Assembly (NCBI GenBank): GCA_003521845.1
Contig: DPHB01000024.1
Span: 13,523-77,522 of the forward strand
Reading direction: 5' to 3'
Origin: Oceanospirillaceae bacterium
GTDB lineage: Bacteria; Pseudomonadota; Gammaproteobacteria; Pseudomonadales; Balneatricaceae
Length of the DNA stretch: 64,000 bases
Shown here in pieces: positions 21,353 to 29,625 of this stretch. The position numbers and the translations under genes were made by a program. Under the pieces are notes generated by a model. That model did not search any database. It saw nothing but the letters and a program-made list of their open reading frames with translations, and was not told where the DNA came from. The first letter of the stretch is position 1. Each line of letters opens with the position of its first letter.

Positions 21353-22771
21353 ATGGGCAACGTAGTGTTTATCATCTGTGACGAAATGACCCGTAGCGCC
21401 CTAGGCTGTTATGGCAATACCAGTGCGCACACGCCTAATTTAGATAAATTGGCCAAGGGTGGGGTATGCTTTACTCGCGCAATTACCCCCTCACCTATTT
21501 GTATTTCTGCACGCTCTAGCCTCGCCACAGGTTTGGCGGTGCATGAACACCAAGATTGGTCATCGGCCCAAGCCTTTGATGGCACCTTACCCACATGGAT
21601 GGGCAAGCTGAGAGATCAAGATGTAGATGTCGTTTCCATTGGTAAACTGCACTTCAAAAGCCCCGACAACGACCACGGCTTTAGCGCAGAACGCTTGGCT
21701 ATGTATGTCGCCAACAACGGCATTGGCTGGGCCGAGGCTCTGTTACGTGACCCTATGCCGGCATACCACGGCGCGGCCGAACTGGCTGCCGACATAGGCC
21801 CCGGTGGCTCTAGCTATTCGGACTATGACCACCAGATACTTGCCGATGCCAAACAGTGGTTGGCCAACCGAGGGACAAGTTCCACCAGCAAGCCCTTTGT
21901 TCTATCGGTCTCGCTGGTCTCCCCGCACTACCCACTCAGTGCCCCACAAAAGTATTTTGATCTGGTAGCTAATGCGCTGATACCTGACCCTATTCAGGTC
22001 GAAGAAAATCACCCAGTGCTGCAACAAATGCGTAAGTTCTGGGCCTATGACGATCACTTTGATGAGCAAAGCCGCCACCTAGCCAGACGCAATTATTGGG
22101 CCTTGTGCGCCATGATTGATGACATGGTTGGGCAACTAGTTGAGAGTATAGAGGCCAATGGTTTTACTGATGACACCACTATCATCTTCACCAGTGACCA
22201 TGGCGACATGCTAGGCAATCGAGGCTGGTGGTGCAAATCGGTAATGTACGAAGAATCCGTAGGTATTCCTATGCTTATCAAGGGCCCAGCCCTGCAAGGC
22301 GCTACAGGTAGCAACAACACCAGCGTTAATTTAACGGACGTGGGTGCCACCATAGAGCACACCATACTTGGGTATTCGAACCAGCCTGCACAGCCTTGGC
22401 AAGCCACCTCGATGTTAGACTTAGCTCAGCACCCAGATCCACAGCGACCTGTACTAAGCCAATACCACGATGGCGGTAGCCCTACAGGCTTTGCTCTTGT
22501 GCAGCAAGGATCACACAAACTCACGCGTTATGCTGGTGACTGGCCTGAACAGCTATTTGATGTTGCCCAAGACCCTAACGAAGAACACGATTTGGCTGGC
22601 TTGGATGTCAATAAACAGCAGGAGTTAGGGATTATTTTGGATCAGATGTTAGATTTGGAAGCGGCCAACAAACAGGCTTTCGAATCACAAAAGCAAGTGC
22701 TGGAAGAACTTGGTGGTGAGGCAGCCTTGGCCAGTTTAAGAGCCTTTAATCATACGCCGGTGGAGCTTTAA
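21353..22771 (+). CDS. Sulfatase-like hydrolase (choline sulfatase-related)
   Basis: DE metal ligands, CISAR..LATG, GKLH, PHYP and SDHGD motifs. Confidence 0.87.
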   Translation: MGNVVFIICDEMTRSALGCYGNTSAHTPNLDKLAKGGVCFTRAITPSPICISARSSLATGLAVHEHQDWSSAQAFDGTLPTWMGKLRDQDVDVVSIGKLHFKSPDNDHGFSAERLAMYVANNGIGWAEALLRDPMPAYHGAAELAADIGPGGSSYSDYDHQILADAKQWLANRGTSSTSKPFVLSVSLVSPHYPLSAPQKYFDLVANALIPDPIQVEENHPVLQQMRKFWAYDDHFDEQSRHLARRNYWALCAMIDDMVGQLVESIEANGFTDDTTIIFTSDHGDMLGNRGWWCKSVMYEESVGIPMLIKGPALQGATGSNNTSVNLTDVGATIEHTILGYSNQPAQPWQATSMLDLAQHPDPQRPVLSQYHDGGSPTGFALVQQGSHKLTRYAGDWPEQLFDVAQDPNEEHDLAGLDVNKQQELGIILDQMLDLEAANKQAFESQKQVLEELGGEAALASLRAFNHTPVEL

Positions 22772-22868
22772 TTATCTACCAGTAGCCTCTTCATAGCGGA
22801 TCTATTTTATATGGCAGATCGCCATCTCTTTACAAAGTCTAGCAGGAATAGTTGAGCTGAGTTAAATG

Positions 22869-22916
22869 GAGCTACCCAAAACATTCACTATGCTCATGGG
22901 GCAGGCTATCTGACCC
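22869..22916 (-). repeat. 38-bp GCCTGCCCC...TTTGGG element abutting a GGGTCAGA motif
   Basis: Reverse complement of 22869-22906 matches 34487-34524 at 35/38 positions. Confidence 0.8.
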
Positions 22917-23001
22917 TAATCATGCACTATTCGAATACTCTCCTACACTTATTTAACTAGTCAGCAAGGAGGCTCTAGGTTATTACTAACCTTGATTTTG
23001 T

Positions 23002-23298
23002 ATGTACAAATGGCATATATTTAAAAATCAACGATTTGAATGGAACGAGATAAAGCGTCAAAGCAATATACGCAAGCATGGTATTGATTTTGCAGATGCT
23101 GTAGGTGTGTTTTTTGATGAACAGGCTATCACCATCCAAGACAATGATCATAACGAAGAGCGTTTTGTGAGTATCGGCTTAGATCACTTAAGCCAATTAT
23201 TGATAGTGATTTATACCTATCGAAACCCTAACACTATCCGTCTAATTTCAGCTCGCAAAGCAAATAAATTTGAATGCCGAACCTATGAGAGGTTGTAA
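23002..23298 (+). CDS. brnT: BrnT-family ribonuclease toxin
   Basis: FEWNEIK..NIRKHGIDF, EERF, IRLISARKA; exact start uncertain. Confidence 0.9.
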   Translation: MYKWHIFKNQRFEWNEIKRQSNIRKHGIDFADAVGVFFDEQAITIQDNDHNEERFVSIGLDHLSQLLIVIYTYRNPNTIRLISARKANKFECRTYERL

Positions 23299-23299
23299 G

Positions 23300-23533
23300 A
23301 TGCAAGAAAACTACGATTTCACCCAAGGGACACGTGGCCCTATTGTGAAAACCAACAAAGAGCGAGTCACCATCAGACTAGATGCCGACACATTGAACTG
23401 GTTTCGCCAACAGTGCAACGATGGCGGCAGTTACCAAGCCATGATCAATGATGCTTTGCGTCAGCACATTAGCCACCAAGGTGAGCCACTAGAGACCTTA
23501 CTAAGACGCGTGATAAAAGAAGAAATGGCCTAA
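23300..23533 (+). CDS. brnA: BrnA-family antitoxin
   Basis: ENYDF, RVTIRLDAD..WF and YQAMINDALR; ATG at 23300 directly after the toxin. Confidence 0.9.
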   Translation: MQENYDFTQGTRGPIVKTNKERVTIRLDADTLNWFRQQCNDGGSYQAMINDALRQHISHQGEPLETLLRRVIKEEMA

Positions 23534-24009
23534 ACAATAGGCTGTTCGGTAACAATAATGCCGTCACGGTCAGCGTACAGGTATTGGCCTGGAATAAAGT
23601 CCACGCCGCCAAAGCTTACGGCTACGTTTACTTCGCCAGCTAGAGGGCTCATGTACTTGCGTGGACAGGTGTCCAAAGCGTATAGGGCTACGGGGATATC
23701 TTCGATCTGCTGGGTATCACGTACGTAGCCATTGATGACGATGCCTGCATAGTGATTTTGATGGGCAAACTTCATTAAGTTTTCGCCTACAACGGCATAA
23801 TATTCTGCATCAACATCTACCACGACTACCTTGCCGGTACCGTCTACATCACGTAGCAATTTGATCAAATCGCCATTATGCTTATCCAGTTTCACGGTGA
23901 TAATTTCGCCTTCGCACTTGTCTACGCCACCGTAGTTGGCAAAGCCAGCGGCTAGTACGTTTACCTTGTCGTTGTGGTCATCACAGAAGTCAGCAGTAAA
24001 AAATGTCAT
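23530..24009 (-). CDS. rraA: RraA-like / HMG aldolase family protein
   Basis: TADFCD, GKVVVVD, GIVINGYVRD and YADRDGIIV; the usual DGGG loop reads DVDA. Confidence 0.8.
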   Translation of the reverse strand: MTFFTADFCDDHNDKVNVLAAGFANYGGVDKCEGEIITVKLDKHNGDLIKLLRDVDGTGKVVVVDVDAEYYAVVGENLMKFAHQNHYAGIVINGYVRDTQQIEDIPVALYALDTCPRKYMSPLAGEVNVAVSFGGVDFIPGQYLYADRDGIIVTEQPIV

Positions 24010-24110
24010 AAATGGGTCCATTGAGTGGCTATTGGCGGGTTATTGATGGGTAATTGGTATAAATAAGCGGCCATATTCTACCATTATTTAACATTTTTCT
24101 TGCAAGATTT

Positions 24111-24119
24111 TGCTATAAT
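24111..24119 (+). promoter_or_regulatory. Extended -10 sigma70 promoter for the mutase operon
   Basis: Perfect TGnTATAAT about 35 nt upstream of the ATG at 24154. Confidence 0.6.
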
Positions 24120-24153
24120 TCGGCCTTTCGTTTTTTCAAGGCAAACAACCACC

Positions 24154-24591
24154 ATGAAGGTAGTGACAGGCGTCATAGGCAACGATATTCATGTTGTCGC
24201 CAACCGGCTCATCGATCTTTCGCTGAAAGCGCGAGGCTATGAGGTGTTTAACCTAGGGGTTAACACCTATTTAGAAGAATTTTTTGACGCGGTGATTGAA
24301 ACCGGCGCAGAGGTTTTGCTCATTTCTTCTCTCAACGGCGAAGCCGAAGGCTGGGGCCGTGAAGTCAAAGCCCTGAAAGCCGAATACAAGGGTTTGGACG
24401 ACGTCGTGATGATGATTGGCGGCAACCTAATCGTAGGTACCGGCAACGCGGAAGACATTGTGCCTAAGTACAAAAACTACGGTTTTGACATTGTTTGCCA
24501 CCAAATTGACTTGAACACAGGCTTGGACATGCTAGAAGATTTTATCCAACAACAAGCCGAGAATCCGCTAGAAAAGAGTAAAACATCATGA
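24154..24591 (+). CDS. mamA: Glutamate (methylaspartate) mutase S subunit, cobalamin-binding
   Basis: GVIGNDIHVVAN (DxH cobalt ligand), SSLNG and IGGNL motifs. Confidence 0.88.
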   Translation: MKVVTGVIGNDIHVVANRLIDLSLKARGYEVFNLGVNTYLEEFFDAVIETGAEVLLISSLNGEAEGWGREVKALKAEYKGLDDVVMMIGGNLIVGTGNAEDIVPKYKNYGFDIVCHQIDLNTGLDMLEDFIQQQAENPLEKSKTS

Positions 24592-25952
24592 GTTTGTTGC
24601 AGGAAGAAAGAGAAATCATCCTCGGCAATGAGTTTGTTGAAGCCTTTGATTTTGCCGAAGTGGAAGAGTTTGTAAAAAACGCCAGCAAAGAACTGTTTAT
24701 TTCTCATCACTTTAAGCACAGCAATAAGATGCTGGTACAGCCCCGTGGTGGTTTTCCTACCTACAAAAAGCAGTTTGCCTTAAACGAGTTTTTTGTTAAC
24801 GCCAATGTTGACGTATTGCCACTGACCATCGATTCCAACACCCGTCTTAATGACTATGGCACCGCCGCCAAAATGCTGCGTTTGAGTGAAGAAAACGATG
24901 TCGACATGCTTAACGGCTACCCGTTAGTTAACCATGGCTACCGTACCACGCGTAAAATGATCACTCACTTTAACAAGCCAGTAAGCTTGCGCCACGGCAC
25001 ACCCGACGCACGCTTGTTAATTGAACAAGCCATTGCCTCAGGTATCTTTGATATCGAAGGTGGCCCTATCACCTACTTGCTGCCCTATTCCAAGAACTTC
25101 CCATTGGATAAGGCCTTCTTGTACTGGAAGTATGTGGAACGTGTTTGCGCCAACTATTCGCAGCTTAACGAACCCATTAACCGTGAATCCTTTGGTCCTT
25201 TGACGGCTACCCTAGTACCGCCGTCTATTACCATTGTTATTCAACTGTTGGAAATGCTCTTGTCCTTGGAAGAAGGCGTCAAATCCTTCTCCGTATCCTT
25301 TGCCCAGCAGGGTTCCATGATGCAGGACATAGTGACTGGCCATGTAATCAAGAAGCTTGCTCGTCACTATGCCGAAGAAATTGGCTGTGGGGATGCCAGC
25401 ATTCACCTGGTGTACCACCAGTGGATGGGTGCCTTCCCGACCGACCAACGCTTTGCCGAACAGCTTATTAGTGTGGCCACGACAGTTGCCGCCATGGTGG
25501 GTGCAGACAAGATCATCACCAAGACCAAGCAGGAAGCGGCCGGTATTCCTACCAAGGAAGCCAATGCCGAAACCGTGGCCAATACCCAGTACGCTTTGCG
25601 TATCTTGAACGGCCTACCCACCATCACTGACGAGGAAGAAGAAGAAATTCTGACGGCCGAAGTCATGGCCATTATGGAAGCTGTGTTTAACGATCCTGCG
25701 GATACTCTATGGCGCAAGGTGTTTAACAGCATCAAGAACGGCATCATTGACGTGCCCTTCTCGCCGCACATTATCAACCATAACGAAATGATCACCATTC
25801 GTGATGCCAAGAAGAACATTCGCATCATCAAGCGTGGCAACGTGCCTATTCCTGACCGCTGCTTTGAATACGAAAAAGCCCAGTGTGACCTGACTAAGGA
25901 CACCACCAGCATCGTAAACGACATCATTCACGACATCGGGATAATGCAATGA
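24588..25952 (+). CDS. mamB: Glutamate (methylaspartate) mutase E subunit
   Basis: QPRGG, TIDSNTR, LNGYPLVNHG, RHGTPDARLL, EGGPITY, PYSK, INRESFGPL, QWMGAFP; 4-bp overlap with S. Confidence 0.9.
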   Translation: MSLLQEEREIILGNEFVEAFDFAEVEEFVKNASKELFISHHFKHSNKMLVQPRGGFPTYKKQFALNEFFVNANVDVLPLTIDSNTRLNDYGTAAKMLRLSEENDVDMLNGYPLVNHGYRTTRKMITHFNKPVSLRHGTPDARLLIEQAIASGIFDIEGGPITYLLPYSKNFPLDKAFLYWKYVERVCANYSQLNEPINRESFGPLTATLVPPSITIVIQLLEMLLSLEEGVKSFSVSFAQQGSMMQDIVTGHVIKKLARHYAEEIGCGDASIHLVYHQWMGAFPTDQRFAEQLISVATTVAAMVGADKIITKTKQEAAGIPTKEANAETVANTQYALRILNGLPTITDEEEEEILTAEVMAIMEAVFNDPADTLWRKVFNSIKNGIIDVPFSPHIINHNEMITIRDAKKNIRIIKRGNVPIPDRCFEYEKAQCDLTKDTTSIVNDIIHDIGIMQ

Positions 25953-27178
25953 GTACATCTAACGACAAGCTACTGATCGATGTAGGCAGCACCTACTTTA
26001 AGGTTTGTGCGCAAAGCAATGGCGCCACCAGCAAACTGGAACAGCATTTTCGCAACTTCAACAAAAGCATACTTGATGACTTGCAACACAAGTGTGGCAA
26101 TACCATTGAGGCTTTTGATAAGGATGCTGTGCATGTATGTTCCTCCGCTAACGGCGGTTTGAGCACACTAATTATTGGCATCACCCATACCTTTTCGCTG
26201 AAGTACGCCACCAACATTGCCTTTAACTCTGGCATCAACATCATCGATACTATCTTGTATCAGGATATCGATGCAGCCAGCGTACCTAGCGACCTGATTG
26301 ACGTGGTCATCGTGGTGGGTGGCATCAATAGCCGCCGTGATGTGTTTGGCGACGACCTGTATAACTACCTAGACCAGGTGGACTTTTCCAACATTGTTTA
26401 TGTGGGCAACGAACAAGATGCTAGTTCTGTTAAGGCTAAGCTACCTAACTTGGTGGTACTGCCCAACATCATCGACGAGCGCCTGCACATTGTTGAAGAA
26501 GACCTAAAAAACTACCTCACCAACCTGTACCAACAGGACATCATGGGCAAGGAAGACATTAAGGACTTGTACCAGATCACCAGCAATCAGATTTTCTCTA
26601 CACCTTATGTAGTGAACCAAACGCTGCCTTTGTTGGATGCTAGTTTTTCTATTGTGAACCCCTTTATTCTGCTAGACATTGGCGGTGCTACTACGGACAT
26701 TCACTACTCCAAAGACTTGGTAGAAGAGAACATCGTTACAGAAAACGAATTTGATCGCTTGGTATTCAAAAAGCTGGGCGTCTACAAGTCCCGCGAATCT
26801 TTAATTTTTGCCGCTAAAGACAACGAATTTGTGTATGAATTGTTGATGCATCTAAACGTAACAGAACACATCTTCGAAGAGCACAGCGATAAAGCCACCA
26901 AGATTTTGATGCAACTGGCCATCTTCTTGGTACTGTGCAAAACCTCACATTATCGCCAAAGCTATGTTAACTTAAAGCTATTGGCTATTAACTCCATCGT
27001 CTTGACGGGCGGCATCACCAAGGTGCTAAGCCAAGCAGAAGTAGAAGACATTATTGCTTTCTTCTATACCAAAATTTTGACCTCAGCCCACAGACCCGTC
27101 ACTATCATGGATACCGACTACGCTATCTGGACTATGGCATCAAACAGCCAACAAGCTGACAATGCAAGTCAGCAATAA
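25949..27178 (+). CDS. glmL: Glutamate mutase L (reactivating ATPase-like, GlmL)
   Basis: IDVGSTYFK, CSSANGGL and DIGGATTDIH motifs; 4-bp overlap with E. Confidence 0.85.
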   Translation: MSTSNDKLLIDVGSTYFKVCAQSNGATSKLEQHFRNFNKSILDDLQHKCGNTIEAFDKDAVHVCSSANGGLSTLIIGITHTFSLKYATNIAFNSGINIIDTILYQDIDAASVPSDLIDVVIVVGGINSRRDVFGDDLYNYLDQVDFSNIVYVGNEQDASSVKAKLPNLVVLPNIIDERLHIVEEDLKNYLTNLYQQDIMGKEDIKDLYQITSNQIFSTPYVVNQTLPLLDASFSIVNPFILLDIGGATTDIHYSKDLVEENIVTENEFDRLVFKKLGVYKSRESLIFAAKDNEFVYELLMHLNVTEHIFEEHSDKATKILMQLAIFLVLCKTSHYRQSYVNLKLLAINSIVLTGGITKVLSQAEVEDIIAFFYTKILTSAHRPVTIMDTDYAIWTMASNSQQADNASQQ

Positions 27179-27189
27179 GGAGAACAAGT

Positions 27190-28755
27190 ATGTCTATTAA
27201 CAGTGTTCGTACCCTTTTAGAATATGCAGCGGCTTCCCACGGCGACAAGGTTGCCGTTAAGCATGACGACAAGCAAATCACCTATAGCCACCTACTTAAC
27301 CGTGTTAACCAGGTGGCCTTGTATCTGAACGAATTGGACCTGCCTGCTAATGCCCGCGTGGGGGTGTATTCCACCAAAGGCTTGGACCTAGTCATTGCTA
27401 TCTTGGCCACCCTGTCCACCAACTATGTACTAGTGCCGCTCACCAAGCTATTACAGCCTGAGCAGGTCGACTACATCGTTAAAGATTGTGACATTCAGTG
27501 CATGATCACGGACAAGCTAAAGCTAGAAGTAATCGAAGACATCGAATTCGCTGGCCACGTTTTATGTTATGAAACAACCAGTAAAGACATAGCCTCCTTC
27601 GAGGAAATCTACAAGTACTACAACAAGCCTTACACCTGTGAAATGAATGGTCATGACAATGCTGTCATCACCTATTCCTTTGGCCTAACCGGCACACCAA
27701 AAGGTATTGTACTGTCGCACCGCAACCTGATTGATTCGGCCCGTGTGGTATCCCAGTACCTGGATTTGCAAGAAGACGACGTCATATCTGGCCTACTTAT
27801 CTTTAACTTGGATTACGGTCTAAACCAGATCTTCTGTTCCTTGTATAAGCGCGCCACCTTGGCACTGCACCGCTTTATCTTGCCAGAAGATGCGCTGAAC
27901 CACATCATCAACGACGAAGTGACGGTAATGGCTCTGATGCCTATCCACATTGCAGAAATATTTGATAGCGAAATGGCGCGCCGCCCCAGTGCACGTTTGT
28001 TTGACCACCTACGTATCATTACCTCCTCTGGCGGCAATGTTACCGCCAAGATGGTAAAAGACTGCAAGGACTCCTTCCGCCAAGCCGAATTCTATTCCAT
28101 GCACGGTCTTACGGAAGCCTTCCGTTCTACCTATTTAGACCCTACGCAAATTCAAATTCGTCCCGACTCCATCGGCAAGCCTATTCCTGATGTCGAACTG
28201 TATGTAGTCAACGAAGACGGCAAAGAGTGCGCACCGCGCGAAGTGGGTGAACTGATCCACCGTGGTGGATTTATCTACCGTGGTTTCTGGAATGCACCTC
28301 TAGAAAACGCCGAGCGTTTTAAGTCAGTACAAATTCTTAAGGACGTCATCAACCTAGAAGGCCAGCTCACCGACGAACTTGTAGTAGCTACTGGTGACTA
28401 CGTATATCGCGACGAAGAAGGCTATTTCTACTTTGTGGGCCGCCGTGACGACATGATCAAAACCCGTGGTTTCCGCGTAAGCCCTTTTGAGGTGGAGTCC
28501 GTGGTAAAGCGCAATATTCCACAAATCACCCAATGTGCGGTATTTGGCGTGGCCAACGAAGCCATCGAAGAAGAGATTGTCTTGGTCTATTCCGCCATTA
28601 GCGAAATGTCCGACAAGGAAATTCAGTTCGAACTGAAAAAACACCTTGCCTCTTACATGCTACCCAGCCGCATCCTGTTCAAAAAGTCACTACCTCTAGT
28701 ACAGAGTGACAAGAACCGCGTAAACAAGGAAGCTTTGCAGAAAGAGCTAAGCTAA
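27190..28755 (+). CDS. Stand-alone adenylate-forming (AMP-binding) enzyme
   Basis: TGTPKG..SHRNL, LDYGLNQ, GLTEAFRSTYL, TGD and GRRDDMIKTRGFRVSP; AAGGAG RBS; 11 bp after glmL. Confidence 0.9.
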   Translation: MSINSVRTLLEYAAASHGDKVAVKHDDKQITYSHLLNRVNQVALYLNELDLPANARVGVYSTKGLDLVIAILATLSTNYVLVPLTKLLQPEQVDYIVKDCDIQCMITDKLKLEVIEDIEFAGHVLCYETTSKDIASFEEIYKYYNKPYTCEMNGHDNAVITYSFGLTGTPKGIVLSHRNLIDSARVVSQYLDLQEDDVISGLLIFNLDYGLNQIFCSLYKRATLALHRFILPEDALNHIINDEVTVMALMPIHIAEIFDSEMARRPSARLFDHLRIITSSGGNVTAKMVKDCKDSFRQAEFYSMHGLTEAFRSTYLDPTQIQIRPDSIGKPIPDVELYVVNEDGKECAPREVGELIHRGGFIYRGFWNAPLENAERFKSVQILKDVINLEGQLTDELVVATGDYVYRDEEGYFYFVGRRDDMIKTRGFRVSPFEVESVVKRNIPQITQCAVFGVANEAIEEEIVLVYSAISEMSDKEIQFELKKHLASYMLPSRILFKKSLPLVQSDKNRVNKEALQKELS

Positions 28756-28760
28756 AAACT

Positions 28761-28800
28761 GAAAACTGGGGTCAGAGTAAGAAAACTGGGGTCAGAGTAA
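28761..28800 (+). repeat. Perfect 20-bp tandem duplication containing the left TIR
   Basis: GAAAACTGGGGTCAGAGTAA x2. Confidence 0.95.
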
Positions 28801-29592
28801 CATTCCGCCTACCGGCTTACGACCTACCCGACTAGGCTTCATTCTCCGCCCCCAGTTTGCCTCTACCTCACTTTTAAAACAATCAGACCCAAATGCTAGT
28901 CCCATATTGGTATTATCTTGCAGATCTTTTACTACCGATGCGCCTAAAAGTGTAGAGAAAAGTTCTCTATAACAAGCCCTACGTTGTTCTTTATTCTTGC
29001 CTAGGCACAAGTATTCTGAATGCGGAGTACACAGATTCGATTCAACACCCATGGCATTAATATGATAGCTAGACCAATGGTAATCTGAAGGGCATGCAAC
29101 CATATTGGCACGTACCGGATTTAACTCAATATACCGATAGCACTGCAACAGATACACCTCCGATTGCACTAAGCATGATTTGAAACGCCCCTCCCAAAGA
29201 GTACCGCTGCGCTGATAAGCACTATTAAAATACCTGACATACTGCCTCCCCAAGGACTGCATCATTCTTGATAAACCTTCACTGTCAGTCGGAGTCGCCA
29301 ATAGGTGAACATGATTGGTCATAAAGACCCAAGCATGAATCGCAACTTCAAATTTAGTAGAATATTCTGACAACCAGTGTGCATAAGCCGCAAAGTCATC
29401 TTTAGATCGGAAACAAATTTGACGATTATTACCGCGTTGAATAATGTGTTGCGGCATGCCCGCTGGACAAAAACGAGAGAGTCTGGCCATAATCCCTTCC
29501 TTGGAATTTAATGTGTAGTAATCAAAGTTTAGCGTATCCTTGTTGGCTTGCTATAATTTTCAATCTTGATGGTTTAATTTTACTCTGACCCC
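28788..29592 (-). mobile_element. Y1/RAYT-like transposase element bounded by 13-bp inverted repeats
   Basis: GGGGTCAGAGTAA (28788-28800) and TTACTCTGACCCC (29580-29592) flank the transposase. Confidence 0.8.
28792..29490 (-). CDS. REP-associated tyrosine transposase-like HUH/Y1 enzyme
   Basis: HIIQRGNNR, MTNHVHLL (HUH), LWEGRF, YIELNP (catalytic Tyr) and WSSY; stop codon lies inside the TIR. Confidence 0.92.
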   Translation of the reverse strand: MARLSRFCPAGMPQHIIQRGNNRQICFRSKDDFAAYAHWLSEYSTKFEVAIHAWVFMTNHVHLLATPTDSEGLSRMMQSLGRQYVRYFNSAYQRSGTLWEGRFKSCLVQSEVYLLQCYRYIELNPVRANMVACPSDYHWSSYHINAMGVESNLCTPHSEYLCLGKNKEQRRACYRELFSTLLGASVVKDLQDNTNMGLAFGSDCFKSEVEANWGRRMKPSRVGRKPVGGMLL

Positions 29593-29625
29593 CAAATTTC
29601 AAATTTCCTGCTAGAGGAGTGGTGC

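Noticed and set aside
24010..24153. Cobalamin riboswitch upstream of the mutase
   Set aside because: Only 144 bp shared with a divergent gene, a predicted leader of about 30 nt, and no B12-box seen
25403..25927. Long antisense ORFs (also 36146-36748, 4679-5140 and others)
   Set aside because: Shadows of well-supported genes on the opposite strand, with no motifs
28761..28800. 20-bp direct repeat as a CRISPR repeat or att site
   Set aside because: The copies abut with no spacer and coincide with the transposase TIR; no integrase is present
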